Positions 9,116 through 19,240 are shown, counted from the first letter of the stretch. The stretch is DNA of 64,000 nucleotides from an uncultured Gemmatimonadaceae bacterium (GCA_963740355.1 CAVUDW010000002.1:1120001-1184000); one strand, 5' to 3'. Numbers and translations: made by a program. Notes: generated from the letters alone by a model not told the origin.

Positions 9116-11314
9116 GTGTCGGTTTTCGTTCCTGCTCGCCGTGCCCAACTCGTCCGTGCCGTCGTGCTTGGCGCTGGGCTCGTTGCGCTCACGGTTGTCG
9201 GGATCCGACTCACGGATCGCGCCGATGCTCGGCGCGCGGTGCGACTGGCGTTGGCCGACGGTCAGCACTTCGATGACTCACTGACCACGGCTGTGCGCGC
9301 GACGCCTTCGGCGCGCGTGTCGTTCCCCAGTGCGATCGCCCTCGGTTACTTCGCTCGCGCGCAGGTCGGGCTGGGCAGCCCATTCCGCCTCGTCGATCTC
9401 GCGCGCACGGATCCGCGACTGCCGATCGCGTGGCGGCCTCGCGTGGCCAACGCCATTCTCTCGCGACTGTCACGTGATACCGCGGTCATGCGGCCGTTGT
9501 CGAACGCGCTGGATTTCGCGATGACGAATGACAGTGGCGTGGGGCGCGCGTTGCTGCACCTCGTTGACAGTGTGATGGCGCTCGAGGGTGATTCACCGCT
9601 CGCCCTCGACGCGATTCGCATCGCCGCTGCGCAAGCAAGCGCGCGCGGCCGCCTGCGTACTGGCGCAGTCCCGCTGATCGACGCGGCGGCACTGCTGGCA
9701 TTCGATCGCATCCGTGCAACGCGTGATGCGGAGCGTGCCATCACCGCTGCGTCACGCGGAGATGGTGACGTATTGCAGGTCGTGGCGCTATGGCGCACTG
9801 AACGTCGGTTCTCGGTGGAACGACCATTGATGGCGGAGGTGGCGCCGTCGCCGCGCCGGATTGCGGCGCGCGTTCCGCCGATGCTGGCTGCGATTGAAAC
9901 CGCCCTTCGCACGCGCGACTCTGTCGGGCACGGAGGCGAGTTGGTGTCGCCGTTGCCAGCCAATGCCGCAACCGCGATGGGCATGCTGATCAGCGTTCGG
10001 ACGCGCCCGGTGCAGCCACAGGTGCGCCTTGGTGTGTTCGATGCACGAATGGTGGCTGTCGATCGTGATGCGGCTGCGGCGCCGCGTGCCACGCGGATGC
10101 TGATGAGTGCGACCAACGAAGAAACGTTGGTGATGACGCTGGCCTCTTCGTGGAAGGATTCCGCGCTGGCGCCGATGGCCGCATCGGCCACGTTGCTGGC
10201 GTCGCAGGGCATGCGGACACTGGCACAGGAAGCAGCCTACCATCCAGGCCTGCTCGCACCGCGGGCTGACCAGGTTGCAACGCGACTCGGCCTCGCATCG
10301 CTGACGTTCGGTCGCGATGTGCCTGCGCCGTGGCAGGCCTACTATGCGCGTGAGTTTGCATCGGCTGTCGACGCGATGCGATCGGTGTTTCCGCGCGCGA
10401 GTTTCGTGGGGCTGAACGTTCGCATCGGCGACAGTGTGCAACATGGTGCGCTCGCCATGCACGACCCTCGGTCACGGACGCTGACGTTGCCGCTGGCGAC
10501 AGGTTTTGGTGCGGTGGGCCACGAGCTGATGCACGATCTCGACTGGCAGTCGGCTCGAGACGTCGCTCGTCGGGAAGGCACCTATGCCACCGACAACGCG
10601 TGGCGTGGCGCGCGGAACGAGCCGATTGCAGCGCCACTGGCACGCCTGGCGGAATTTGTCCCGGTCGGCGCGACGGCCAGTGCATACGTCACCGAGGCGC
10701 GTCGGCCGGCCGAATTGCTGGCGCGTGGCGCGGATTGGTTCCTCGCCACCGCGCTGGCGCGACAGGGCCGCATGAACGGTGCGCTGACCGCGGTGCAGGA
10801 CGGCTGGGTGCGTGGGTATGCCTCCGCCGCTGGACCAGCGGCATTCGGTGATCACGCCGCGGCGCTGTCTGCGCTCTTCGATGAGATGCCGACTCTCGCC
10901 GTGCGGGCGAACGTGGCACCGCGCAGCGACGCCGAGCGGGAGCCGGATCTGGGGACGATCGCGCGCGCGGCGTGGTTCATGCCATTGCCGACGGCCGATT
11001 CGCTGGAAGCGAGCAGTGCTCCACTCCGCCTGCCCGCGAGTGACGCAGGCGCCATCTGTTCACCTGTGGCCCGGCTTCGCCTCGCCCCCATGCACGCGAC
11101 AGCCCGAGCCATCGCTGCGGGCTTCGTCGAACCGAAGGTGATGCGCGGTATGCGCCGCTGGGCCCACTCGGTGGATGCCAGCACGCTCCAGCCGGATGCG
11201 GCGATGCTTCGGCTGGCCTTGCTGGGCGGTCCGGTGAATCCGGCGGTCGTCGACTCCGCCAAGGCCGTCTGGGCCGCCTCTGCGTGGCGCTTGCTCCCCT
11301 GCCTGGCCGCCTGA
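9116..11314 (+). CDS. Large membrane-anchored hypothetical protein with HExxH (zincin-like) motif
   Basis: N-terminal TM segment; GHELMHDLD followed by RRPAELLARG; start uncertain (GTG 9116; ORF open from 8963). Confidence 0.7.
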   Translation: MSVFVPARRAQLVRAVVLGAGLVALTVVGIRLTDRADARRAVRLALADGQHFDDSLTTAVRATPSARVSFPSAIALGYFARAQVGLGSPFRLVDLARTDPRLPIAWRPRVANAILSRLSRDTAVMRPLSNALDFAMTNDSGVGRALLHLVDSVMALEGDSPLALDAIRIAAAQASARGRLRTGAVPLIDAAALLAFDRIRATRDAERAITAASRGDGDVLQVVALWRTERRFSVERPLMAEVAPSPRRIAARVPPMLAAIETALRTRDSVGHGGELVSPLPANAATAMGMLISVRTRPVQPQVRLGVFDARMVAVDRDAAAAPRATRMLMSATNEETLVMTLASSWKDSALAPMAASATLLASQGMRTLAQEAAYHPGLLAPRADQVATRLGLASLTFGRDVPAPWQAYYAREFASAVDAMRSVFPRASFVGLNVRIGDSVQHGALAMHDPRSRTLTLPLATGFGAVGHELMHDLDWQSARDVARREGTYATDNAWRGARNEPIAAPLARLAEFVPVGATASAYVTEARRPAELLARGADWFLATALARQGRMNGALTAVQDGWVRGYASAAGPAAFGDHAAALSALFDEMPTLAVRANVAPRSDAEREPDLGTIARAAWFMPLPTADSLEASSAPLRLPASDAGAICSPVARLRLAPMHATARAIAAGFVEPKVMRGMRRWAHSVDASTLQPDAAMLRLALLGGPVNPAVVDSAKAVWAASAWRLLPCLAA

Positions 11315-11373
11315 GCGCGGGTTTAGACGGATCAGGGGCGACGGGATTGGAGCAGCTCCCTTAGTTTCATCCG

Positions 11374-12591
11374 ATGCCACGGCTCCTGCTGGTCTCGCTC
11401 GCGACAATTCTGACCCTGATTCCCGTCACGCTGCTGGTGCCGGGCCTGAAGGAGCTGGTGCAAGTCGCGCACGGAGGGAGCTCGACCGCAGCGCACGCGT
11501 TCATGACCGTGAACATGTTGAGCGGCATCATTGCGGTGCCCCTCGTCATGCGGCTGCAGCGACGGTTCGGATCCGTCAGCGCGTGGGTGGCGACGCTGCT
11601 GGCGCTCGATGCCATCGTCTTTCTTGGGATGCGGGCTGCTCCGTCCCTATCGGCGCTGCTCACCCTGCGCGTGATCGACGGGGCGTTGCACCTGCCGGCC
11701 ATAACGCTGCTGATGGTGGCTGCCAATCGCCTTGCGGGTCCACGTCGTGGTGGGTCGCTGGGCCTGCTTGGCTCGAGCCTGATGATCGGTGTCGCGATCG
11801 GCTCGCCGCTCGGCGGTCGACTCATCGACAAGTCGCCGCCGTTGGTGTACCTGGTCGGCGCCGGGATCTTCGTGGTGGCGGCGCTGATCGCGCTGGGTAT
11901 CGGGCTGCCGCGCGAGGAGCAGACACGCACTGCGAGTCGCCGCTACGAATGGAACACGCAGATCCAGCTGGCGTGGGTGCCGCTGACGTACGCGTTCATG
12001 GATCGATTCGTGATCGGCGTATTCGTCAGCACCTTCACGCTCTTCCTTGGTGATGTGCACCACGCATCCGGGACGCAGCGTGGCTTGCTGATGGCGCTCT
12101 TCCTGGTGCCATTTGCGCTGCTTTGCTGGCCGGCAGGGAAGTTGGCCGATCGCATCGGATGGTATCGCCCGCTGGTGATCAGCAACGTGTTGTTCGGTGC
12201 GGTTTTCGCGATGTATGGTCGGGTGCCGTTTTCGTGGCTACCGGTCTTGATGGTGCTGAGCGGCGTGTTGAGCGCGCTGATGTTCGCGCCGAACCTGTTG
12301 TTGACGAGCGAGGTTGCGCAGCGCGCTGGCGATGGCGTATTCGGCGCGTTCCAGATTGCTGGATCGGTCGGGTTTCTGGTTGGCCCTGCGCTGGGTGGCG
12401 TGCTGGTGTCGGTGCTGCGCGATGACGCCGGCGCGGTCGAGTATGACCAGATTTTCCTCTTGGTCGGCGCACTCGAAGGTGTGCTGGCCTTGGCGAGCGC
12501 GGTGGCGCTTGGTCGCTTGCTGCGCCGCCGCGAACTGCTCGGGCGCGCTGTACCAGATTCGGCGACGCTGCAGGCGACCGTTTCGCGCTGA
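11374..12591 (+). CDS. MFS transporter
   Basis: About 12 TM segments; motif A-like GKLADRIG. Confidence 0.9.
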   Translation: MPRLLLVSLATILTLIPVTLLVPGLKELVQVAHGGSSTAAHAFMTVNMLSGIIAVPLVMRLQRRFGSVSAWVATLLALDAIVFLGMRAAPSLSALLTLRVIDGALHLPAITLLMVAANRLAGPRRGGSLGLLGSSLMIGVAIGSPLGGRLIDKSPPLVYLVGAGIFVVAALIALGIGLPREEQTRTASRRYEWNTQIQLAWVPLTYAFMDRFVIGVFVSTFTLFLGDVHHASGTQRGLLMALFLVPFALLCWPAGKLADRIGWYRPLVISNVLFGAVFAMYGRVPFSWLPVLMVLSGVLSALMFAPNLLLTSEVAQRAGDGVFGAFQIAGSVGFLVGPALGGVLVSVLRDDAGAVEYDQIFLLVGALEGVLALASAVALGRLLRRRELLGRAVPDSATLQATVSR

Positions 12592-12650
12592 CCCTATCGG
12601 CGGCACCGGTGCCGTCGGTCCTGTCGCTGTCGCGTTGTGATTCAGTCGAG

Positions 12651-12691
12651 CAAAAGCAAAGCGCCCCGCGAGTTCAACTCGCGGGGCGCTT
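12651..12691 (-). terminator. Rho-independent terminator
   Basis: Hairpin AAGCGCCCCGCGAG-TTCAA-CTCGCGGGGCGCTT followed by a T-rich tail on the minus strand. Confidence 0.85.
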
Positions 12692-12711
12692 CGGTTACTG
12701 CCGAGCCGCGA

Positions 12712-13011
12712 TTACGGCTTGACCTTCTTGGCGGCGGAGTCGACGGCCTTCTTGGCGCTGTCGGCCATCGCGCCCATTGCGCCCTTGGCGCTATCGGCCA
12801 TGGCACCCATCGCGCCCTTGGCGCTATCGGCCATCGCGCCCATCGCGCCCTTGGCGCTGTCGGCCATGGCACCCATCGCGCCCTTGGCGCTATCCATCGA
12901 CGCTGCAGCAGCAGCAGCGGTGGAATCGACAGCCGTCTTCTTCTCGCCGCCGCATGCGGTGAGAGCGACCATCGCGATCAGAGCGGTGAAAACAAGAGCA
13001 GAGCGACGCAT
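12712..13011 (-). CDS. Small lipoprotein with 4 x 11-aa repeat (SAKGAMGAMAD)
   Basis: Lipobox LTAC; 33-bp repeats at 12751-12894 differing only at synonymous sites; has its own terminator. Confidence 0.85.
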   Translation of the reverse strand: MRRSALVFTALIAMVALTACGGEKKTAVDSTAAAAAASMDSAKGAMGAMADSAKGAMGAMADSAKGAMGAMADSAKGAMGAMADSAKKAVDSAAKKVKP

Positions 13012-13289
13012 GAGTGAAATCCGGGCAGGGGTTTGATGACAGAAATAGACGACCTCTGAAAATACACACACCGCACCTATCGCGCTACGGAAAATTGGTT
13101 CCCGGGCTCAAATGAAAGGCCAGTATCATCCCAATTCGGGGGCAAGGTCGGGGTCGGCTTGGGAATTTTTCACTGCGAGCTCATGCGTAGAGCGCCATCT
13201 CACCGACGTCTGGCGTCGTGCCAGATGCCGCGTGCTGCGGACCATGTGCCGGGTTCGACGCTGGCGACGACGAAGCGAACGCGGCTTGA

Positions 13290-14498
13290 TCACGACGGTG
13301 TCGCAGTCACCGCGAGCAGGAAACGCTCACAGAGGTAGCGCGCCAGTTGTCCGCCTGGGCCATTCGGGATGACGTCGAACGCGTGCTCCGATTGCGGCAA
13401 TTCGACGTGTACGACCTTGGTACCCGTGATGCGGAGTTGCCGGGCCAGCTGTGTCCCGAATCGTGCCTCGACGATGTGATCACGACCACCATAAAGCAGC
13501 AGCGTCGGTGGCAGTGTGCGTGTGGCGAGTGTGATTGGGGAAGCGGCACGATAGCGAGCAATCATGTCGTCTGGCGTTCCACCAAGAAATGCCTCTTCGA
13601 CCGAACGCACGGCGAGCGGATCGGGGACAGGTGGGTGCCTGTATCCTTCGATGAGGTCGACGGGACCGTAGAAGTTGATCACACCGCGGATGCGCGGCGC
13701 GTTTTCCGCGTAGGCCGCGAGCATGGCCAGATGTGCACCGGCCGAACGTCCGACGAGCACCATGCGCGAGGTATCAGCGTCAAACGACGCAGCGTTCGCA
13801 CCGATCCATGCGAGATCGCGTTGGATGTCCTCGATCTGTGCCGGAAATCGGAACCGCGGCGCGTGGCGATAGTCGATCGCGAAGACGACGAATCCCATCC
13901 CTGCGACATGGGTGGCGAACTCGGTGAAGTCATCGGGTGTGCCGCGTTGCCAGGCCCCGCCGTAGATCTGCACGAGCACCGGATGCGTGCCGGGGGTCAG
14001 CGGCTGATAGATGTCAGTCGTCAGCGCAACGCCTTCTATGGTCGCCACCGTGACGCCGCGCGTGATGCGCACCGGTGTGGCGATTGGTGGCATTCCGCGA
14101 AGCAGGTCGAGGGCCACGAGCGGCTTGGGGCGCAGTGCGGCGCGCAACGCCGTCGGCGTGCGATCGAGATACCGCGTGCCAAAGGCGGCACTCATCTGCT
14201 CGTCGGCGTTCGCTGCGACGCCCTGCAGCCGAAAGAACGGGACGGTCGAGAGTGCGATGATGGTGACCGAAAGCCAGCTGGCGATGCGTGACGCGCGTCG
14301 TGTGCGGACGTCGAGCAGGGCGAGGGCGAGCACGAACAGCGCATGCAGGCCAAGCCAGGCGCTGACCTCCGGTGCACCGACGCCGAGCGGCAGCAGCGCG
14401 ACCGACGGTGTGGGGAGAACGATGAACAGCGCCGGGACGAATGCCACCGCGGCGAACACCAGTGCCAGCCAGGATCGGAACATGGGAAGGCGCGACAT
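13290..14498 (-). CDS. Membrane-anchored alpha/beta hydrolase (HSL-like esterase)
   Basis: YGGAW, IDYR, GRSAG nucleophile, D (GGRDHIV), H (EHAFD); N-terminal TMs. Confidence 0.9.
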   Translation of the reverse strand: MSRLPMFRSWLALVFAAVAFVPALFIVLPTPSVALLPLGVGAPEVSAWLGLHALFVLALALLDVRTRRASRIASWLSVTIIALSTVPFFRLQGVAANADEQMSAAFGTRYLDRTPTALRAALRPKPLVALDLLRGMPPIATPVRITRGVTVATIEGVALTTDIYQPLTPGTHPVLVQIYGGAWQRGTPDDFTEFATHVAGMGFVVFAIDYRHAPRFRFPAQIEDIQRDLAWIGANAASFDADTSRMVLVGRSAGAHLAMLAAYAENAPRIRGVINFYGPVDLIEGYRHPPVPDPLAVRSVEEAFLGGTPDDMIARYRAASPITLATRTLPPTLLLYGGRDHIVEARFGTQLARQLRITGTKVVHVELPQSEHAFDVIPNGPGGQLARYLCERFLLAVTATPS

Positions 14499-14588
14499 GT
14501 TGCCGGGAAACGAGGCGGGCGGTGGCGCGCGAGGTGGATCGGCCGGCGCGCTGGTGAAGCTGTGCCCCGGATGCGTGGGGCGAAGTAG

Positions 14589-14661
14589 TGTCCCGAGTGG
14601 GAATCGAACCCACGACCTACGGATTAAAAGTCCGCTGCTCTACCAGCTGAGCTATCGGGAC
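14589..14661 (-). tRNA. tRNA-Lys (anticodon TTT)
   Basis: Acceptor stem GTCCCGA/TCGGGAC, D arm TAGCTCAGCTGGTAGAGC, anticodon loop CTTTTAA, T loop GTTCGATTC; CCA not encoded. Confidence 0.97.
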
Positions 14662-14740
14662 GGCATGACGTCCATCAGCGTACAATCTAGCCGGATCGGC
14701 CACGCTGCGCCGCCTTCGGGACCAGCCACGATGGGTCGAG

Positions 14741-15553
14741 CTACGACCAGCTCGCCCATCCGGTCACGCGGTACTGCGCCCAGGCCAATGCCTCGTAGGT
14801 GAGGCGTTGCATGACCACGAGCCGGTCGCTGGCGGTTCGCGCTGGCCAGCCTGCGGTGCGCCACGGCGCCGCGACACAGGTGACGGCGAGGCCCAACGCC
14901 TCCACCGTCGCGCACGCACGTCGGGTGTGCATCGGCGACGTGACCACGGCCACCCGTTTCCAGCGCGCCAGGAAGGCACGGCGAGTGAGTCGCACGGCCT
15001 CGTCACGCGTGGAGTGCACGGAGTCGATCATCTCCAGTGGGCCCGACGCGGCCACCATGCCGATCAGCGCCTTCTGGTCATTGGTGGACGAAATGCCGGT
15101 GTCATCGGGATTGGAGCGCACGATGCTCACGATCAGCGGCAGCGCGGGCTTCCTGGCGCGCAGCGTGATGCCCGTCAGGAGACGGTCAATGCCTTCGCCC
15201 TTGACCAACCCGTGCGTGTTGACGGCATTCGAGAAGACGAACACCGCATCGACGGCATCGAGGTTCACGGCATCGTTTCGCACGAACGGTTTCGCCAACT
15301 GCGGCACGATGGGAGACCAGATGCCGATCGCCGCGACCACCATCAAGGTCAGCGCCAGGATTCCCATCCAGCGAAGAAACCACCGCCCGAGGAGCGCACC
15401 GACGACGATTGCAAACGGGATCGCGAGCGGTCGCTCAAAACTGAGCGCGCTGGCGACGCCAAGGATCCAGAGGGTCGCGAGCAACAACAGCCCGAGCACG
15501 GCGCCGTGCAGCGGCGCTTGCAGGAATTCCTTCGTTCTTGCGACGGATAACAT
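14741..15553 (-). CDS. YdcF/DUF218-family membrane protein
   Basis: STRDEA, VVTSPMHTRRA, C-terminal YEALA; N-terminal TMs. Confidence 0.85.
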   Translation of the reverse strand: MLSVARTKEFLQAPLHGAVLGLLLLATLWILGVASALSFERPLAIPFAIVVGALLGRWFLRWMGILALTLMVVAAIGIWSPIVPQLAKPFVRNDAVNLDAVDAVFVFSNAVNTHGLVKGEGIDRLLTGITLRARKPALPLIVSIVRSNPDDTGISSTNDQKALIGMVAASGPLEMIDSVHSTRDEAVRLTRRAFLARWKRVAVVTSPMHTRRACATVEALGLAVTCVAAPWRTAGWPARTASDRLVVMQRLTYEALAWAQYRVTGWASWS

Positions 15554-15575
15554 GCGGCCAATCTACCACCGCGGG

Positions 15576-16718
15576 TCAGTCACCAGGCAGCATCACCCAG
15601 AGCGAGGGGCGTCCGACGTTGCAGTGCACGGCACGCGAAAGCCCACTCAGCCCAGCCCAGCCGAGATAGAGCATCATACGCGTCGCGTGCCACGCGCCAC
15701 CCGCATGCGCAGGACTGCCGGCTGGCAGCTCCAGCGCGCGCAACCGACTTCCGCGCGACGGCACCGGATGAAACACCGCCTCCACACTCGGCGCGCGTTC
15801 TGCTTCATCGTCCTGCCACGCATCGAGCGTCGTGATGGTCGACGTGACGATCGGCTGTTCGTGCGAGGCCAGTGCCCATGCATCCGCCGCCAGAACCGCT
15901 GGCCGCGATAGCGTCGGCAACACCAACACACCGATGAATGACCAGAGTGTGAACCAGGCGACCGTACTCACGAAGCCGGCGGCGGTGACGAGGTCGGCGC
16001 GGGGCGCAGATGCGGCCAGCGCAAAGCCAACCGTGTTCCACGCCACCGCCACCAGTACGCCGCGCCGGCGAAGCCCCAACGCACGCACACCGGCGCGACG
16101 TGACACTGCGACCGCGAGTTGCGCTGCAGAGAGTTGATCGACCCAACGCTTCGGCACCCACAGTCGCTTGGCATCGAGGCCTGACCAGCCGCCAACGAAT
16201 GAGGGATCGTCGCTGTCCATCTCGCGCACGAGGTCCGGCGAGATGCCCGCGTCGTGCGCTGCCAGCTTGAGCGCCTCCGATGGAGTGCCCATGCGTATGC
16301 CACCGACCAGCCACGCGAACAATCCTTGACGGCTCAGAAGGACCACCTGCAGCAGCAGGAACACCAGCAGCGCCTTCGTCGTGCCGAACTGCTGCGCGGT
16401 GCGGAGCAGCAGTGCCGCGGTCAATCCGTACCAGATCCACTGCACGGTGATGCCGCGCAGCCACGACGCGATCCATCGCAGTACACCTGGCGACTCACGC
16501 ACCACGAGCAGCCCGCCGGCGACATCCACCGGAAGCAACAGCGCCGCGTGGAGCATCCATGTCAGCGCGATTGCCGCCAGCGCGGTGACGTACGTCTGGT
16601 CGGCGTACGGCGGGATGAGCCGATGCGGCAGGTCGAAGGTCACGGCGGCGAGGCAGAGCAGCACGGTCATGCCCACACCGGTGATGCCGAGCCAGAGCCG
16701 CTTGCGAGCGTACGTCAT
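15576..16718 (-). CDS. Membrane protein, degenerate peptidase M48 (Ste24/HtpX)-like
   Basis: Multi-TM; LSRxxxxxADxxA and FHPVPSRGSRLRAL resemble M48; the HExxH position reads SRRAG. Confidence 0.6.
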   Translation of the reverse strand: MTYARKRLWLGITGVGMTVLLCLAAVTFDLPHRLIPPYADQTYVTALAAIALTWMLHAALLLPVDVAGGLLVVRESPGVLRWIASWLRGITVQWIWYGLTAALLLRTAQQFGTTKALLVFLLLQVVLLSRQGLFAWLVGGIRMGTPSEALKLAAHDAGISPDLVREMDSDDPSFVGGWSGLDAKRLWVPKRWVDQLSAAQLAVAVSRRAGVRALGLRRRGVLVAVAWNTVGFALAASAPRADLVTAAGFVSTVAWFTLWSFIGVLVLPTLSRPAVLAADAWALASHEQPIVTSTITTLDAWQDDEAERAPSVEAVFHPVPSRGSRLRALELPAGSPAHAGGAWHATRMMLYLGWAGLSGLSRAVHCNVGRPSLWVMLPGD

Positions 16719-16786
16719 GTGCGAATGATGAGAGCGTAGTGTGTGCGATCGCGGTGCGTTCGAGGCCCCGCGGCATCAGTGACAGC

Positions 16787-19240
16787 TTACTCGGACGTGA
16801 GGTGCGCGTGGGTGAGCACCCGACCCGCCAGCGCAACGCCGCTCAGCAGTGCCCCCTCGACACGCGGGCCGCCGCACCAATCGCCGCCCGCGCCGATACC
16901 CAATGCGCCGTCGTACAACGCGGCATCCGCGGTGACGGGATCCGGCAGGGCAAACCGCCAGCGGTGCGCCACACTGTGCACCACGCCGGGCACCGGTTGC
17001 GGCGCATTGCCCTGCGAATCATCGTGCCCGACATCGTTTCCGAGCACGGCAGTGAATGCGTCGGACATGGCGCGCGCAACCGATTGCTGGTCGTCCTCGA
17101 GGTGCGCAAGCGACCAGGCGCGCGTCGCGTGCAGCACCCATGTTTCATCCGCCGGGCGACCGGGCTTGCTCGCGTCGCGACTGATCCAGCCAAGGACCGG
17201 ATCATCGTTGAGGAATGCGCCGTCCCATGGAAGCTGCGGACGTGCGTTCAGCACCACCATCGTGGCCCAGGTGGGAAACATCACCGCTTCAGCGGCCGAT
17301 GCGGCCAACGCGGGAGCAACTGGCGCGAGCAACGCCTGCGCCTGCGGTGATGGCACACACGCGAGCACGACATCGTACGTGCCAAGGTCCGCGCCGCCAT
17401 CGGCCACCAGCCGCCACTGCCTTCCTTCGCGCTGGATATGTGTGACCGCAGTGTTGAGCTGCACTTCGAGATCCTGCGCGAGATGTGCACCGAGCGCGCT
17501 CATCCCCGGAACGGCCACCCAGCGCCGCACACCCGCTTTCGCCGCTTGCCATGCTCCATTCTCGCGCACGGCGAGTGACCCTTGCCACGATGCGATCACA
17601 CCCTGCTGCTGCCAGGCATGGATGTGGGGCAGCAGGCGCGAGTCGCGAATGGTGAAATACTGCGCCCCATGATCGAAGCGCCACGGACCGTCGCGTCGTG
17701 TCGCGCACCGTCCGCCAAGGCCGCGAGACTTTTCGAACACCGTGACATCGATGTTGTGATCCGCAAGCACGCGGGCACAGGTCAGGCCAGCCAGCCCGGC
17801 TCCGACAACAGCAACACGCTGCGGGGACGGGTAGACCGCCCGCTGCACATGCCTGGAATACTTCGCGACGTTGATGCGCGCGGCCTGCTCGGACACAGCG
17901 CGGCCGCGCACAGAGCCAAGAATGCGATTGGGCGGCGTGAACGGCCGGTCGAACTGCCCGAGACACCAGAGCAGCCCTCCGTACGACGCCGGGTCTCGCC
18001 CATCGAGTGCGTAGCGGTGATTGAGATCGATCGAGACGGCCAACGCACGGGCGGCATCTGGTGTCCATGCGGCGAATGCCTTGCCCCACGTCATGCGCAC
18101 ATTGTTGTGAATCTCGCCATGGGCCAGCAGCGATCTTTGCATCGCGTTCCAGAACGCGCTGCTGGTGCGGCCGCGGGCCAGTCGTTCCCAGTCATACAAC
18201 TCGCGATGGTCGTCCTCGTGCTGACGCAACGTCTCGCGCGCCCACGAGGGAATGGCCGCAATCGTATCGTGATCGGGTCTGTGGAAGCAAAAGGTGTACG
18301 CCAACTCGCGCCAGACGAGCAGTTCGTCGAGCCACTTGGCGGCACTCTCTCCGCCACGGGCGGCGGCTTCGCGGGCGAGGCGGAATGGCGACACCATGCC
18401 ATAGTGCAGGTACGCAGACATGCGACTGACGCCGTCACCACGCGTTGGATCGTTGCGAACCTTGTCGTAGCGATCGATGCGTCCGCTGGTGACGAATTCG
18501 TTCCATCGTGCGTAGCCGGCGATCGATCCACCGCGCGTATCTGCCACGGGGCCGACGCCATGATCGATGCGACAGGTTGCCACGAGCGCGGCGAAGTCCG
18601 CCGTGTCGAGGTCCACGGGTGTGAACGGCAGTGCGGGCACGAAGCGCGGGCCGAGGTACTGGAGCTCGGTCCAACTGTGTGAGACACGTTCCCGTCGCAG
18701 GGTGGCAGTCGCATCGCGGTACACGAATGCGCGGTCGTACGCCTTGGTGGTGAGCGTCATCGGCACGACGCACGCGGTATCCACTTCCCATAATGGGGCA
18801 ACGGTCGCCGAGCGGAGTGCAGCGGTCCACTCCATCAGTGGCGCGACGGGCATCAGCTCAGTGACGATGACAGCGGCCTGGGCACCGAGCGTCGCGAGAT
18901 GTGGTCCGTGATGCCCTTTGCGTTCGAGATGGAACGCCGTGCCGATACCGCGGGCCTTCAGCTCGGCTGCGAAATCGCGCGCGCCCTCGAGAATGAAGGT
19001 GTGGTGCCGATCGCTTGCATACGGGTAGCGCTCGGCGAGTGCGTGATACACGAAGATCGGGAGGCCAAGCGACGCCCCGAGCGCGATGGCGACATCGAGC
19101 GCCGGGTTCTCGTGTGCCCTGACCGCCGTCCGTGCCCAGTAGAGCACAAACGTCCCGGCTGGGTTGGCTGGCGCGGTGGCTGAGGCGTCGCGGACGCGTT
19201 CGGCAAGACGTGGCGGAAGCAGACCTGCAGGTGCAAACAC
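16787..19240 (-). CDS. Class II photolyase-like domain fused to renalase-like NAD(P)/FAD oxidoreductase
   Basis: SRMSAYLHYG, ELLVWREL, HNNVRMTWGK, YALDGRDP; then GAGLAG, EKSRGLGGR, FDHGAQYFT, GDWCGGPRVEGA; start approximate (GTG 19240). Confidence 0.9.
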   Translation of the reverse strand: MFAPAGLLPPRLAERVRDASATAPANPAGTFVLYWARTAVRAHENPALDVAIALGASLGLPIFVYHALAERYPYASDRHHTFILEGARDFAAELKARGIGTAFHLERKGHHGPHLATLGAQAAVIVTELMPVAPLMEWTAALRSATVAPLWEVDTACVVPMTLTTKAYDRAFVYRDATATLRRERVSHSWTELQYLGPRFVPALPFTPVDLDTADFAALVATCRIDHGVGPVADTRGGSIAGYARWNEFVTSGRIDRYDKVRNDPTRGDGVSRMSAYLHYGMVSPFRLAREAAARGGESAAKWLDELLVWRELAYTFCFHRPDHDTIAAIPSWARETLRQHEDDHRELYDWERLARGRTSSAFWNAMQRSLLAHGEIHNNVRMTWGKAFAAWTPDAARALAVSIDLNHRYALDGRDPASYGGLLWCLGQFDRPFTPPNRILGSVRGRAVSEQAARINVAKYSRHVQRAVYPSPQRVAVVGAGLAGLTCARVLADHNIDVTVFEKSRGLGGRCATRRDGPWRFDHGAQYFTIRDSRLLPHIHAWQQQGVIASWQGSLAVRENGAWQAAKAGVRRWVAVPGMSALGAHLAQDLEVQLNTAVTHIQREGRQWRLVADGGADLGTYDVVLACVPSPQAQALLAPVAPALAASAAEAVMFPTWATMVVLNARPQLPWDGAFLNDDPVLGWISRDASKPGRPADETWVLHATRAWSLAHLEDDQQSVARAMSDAFTAVLGNDVGHDDSQGNAPQPVPGVVHSVAHRWRFALPDPVTADAALYDGALGIGAGGDWCGGPRVEGALLSGVALAGRVLTHAHLTSE

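Noticed and set aside
14589..14661. tRNA-Lys as an integration site for a genomic island
   Set aside because: No integrase and no duplicated tRNA 3' end noticed; flanking composition is unremarkable
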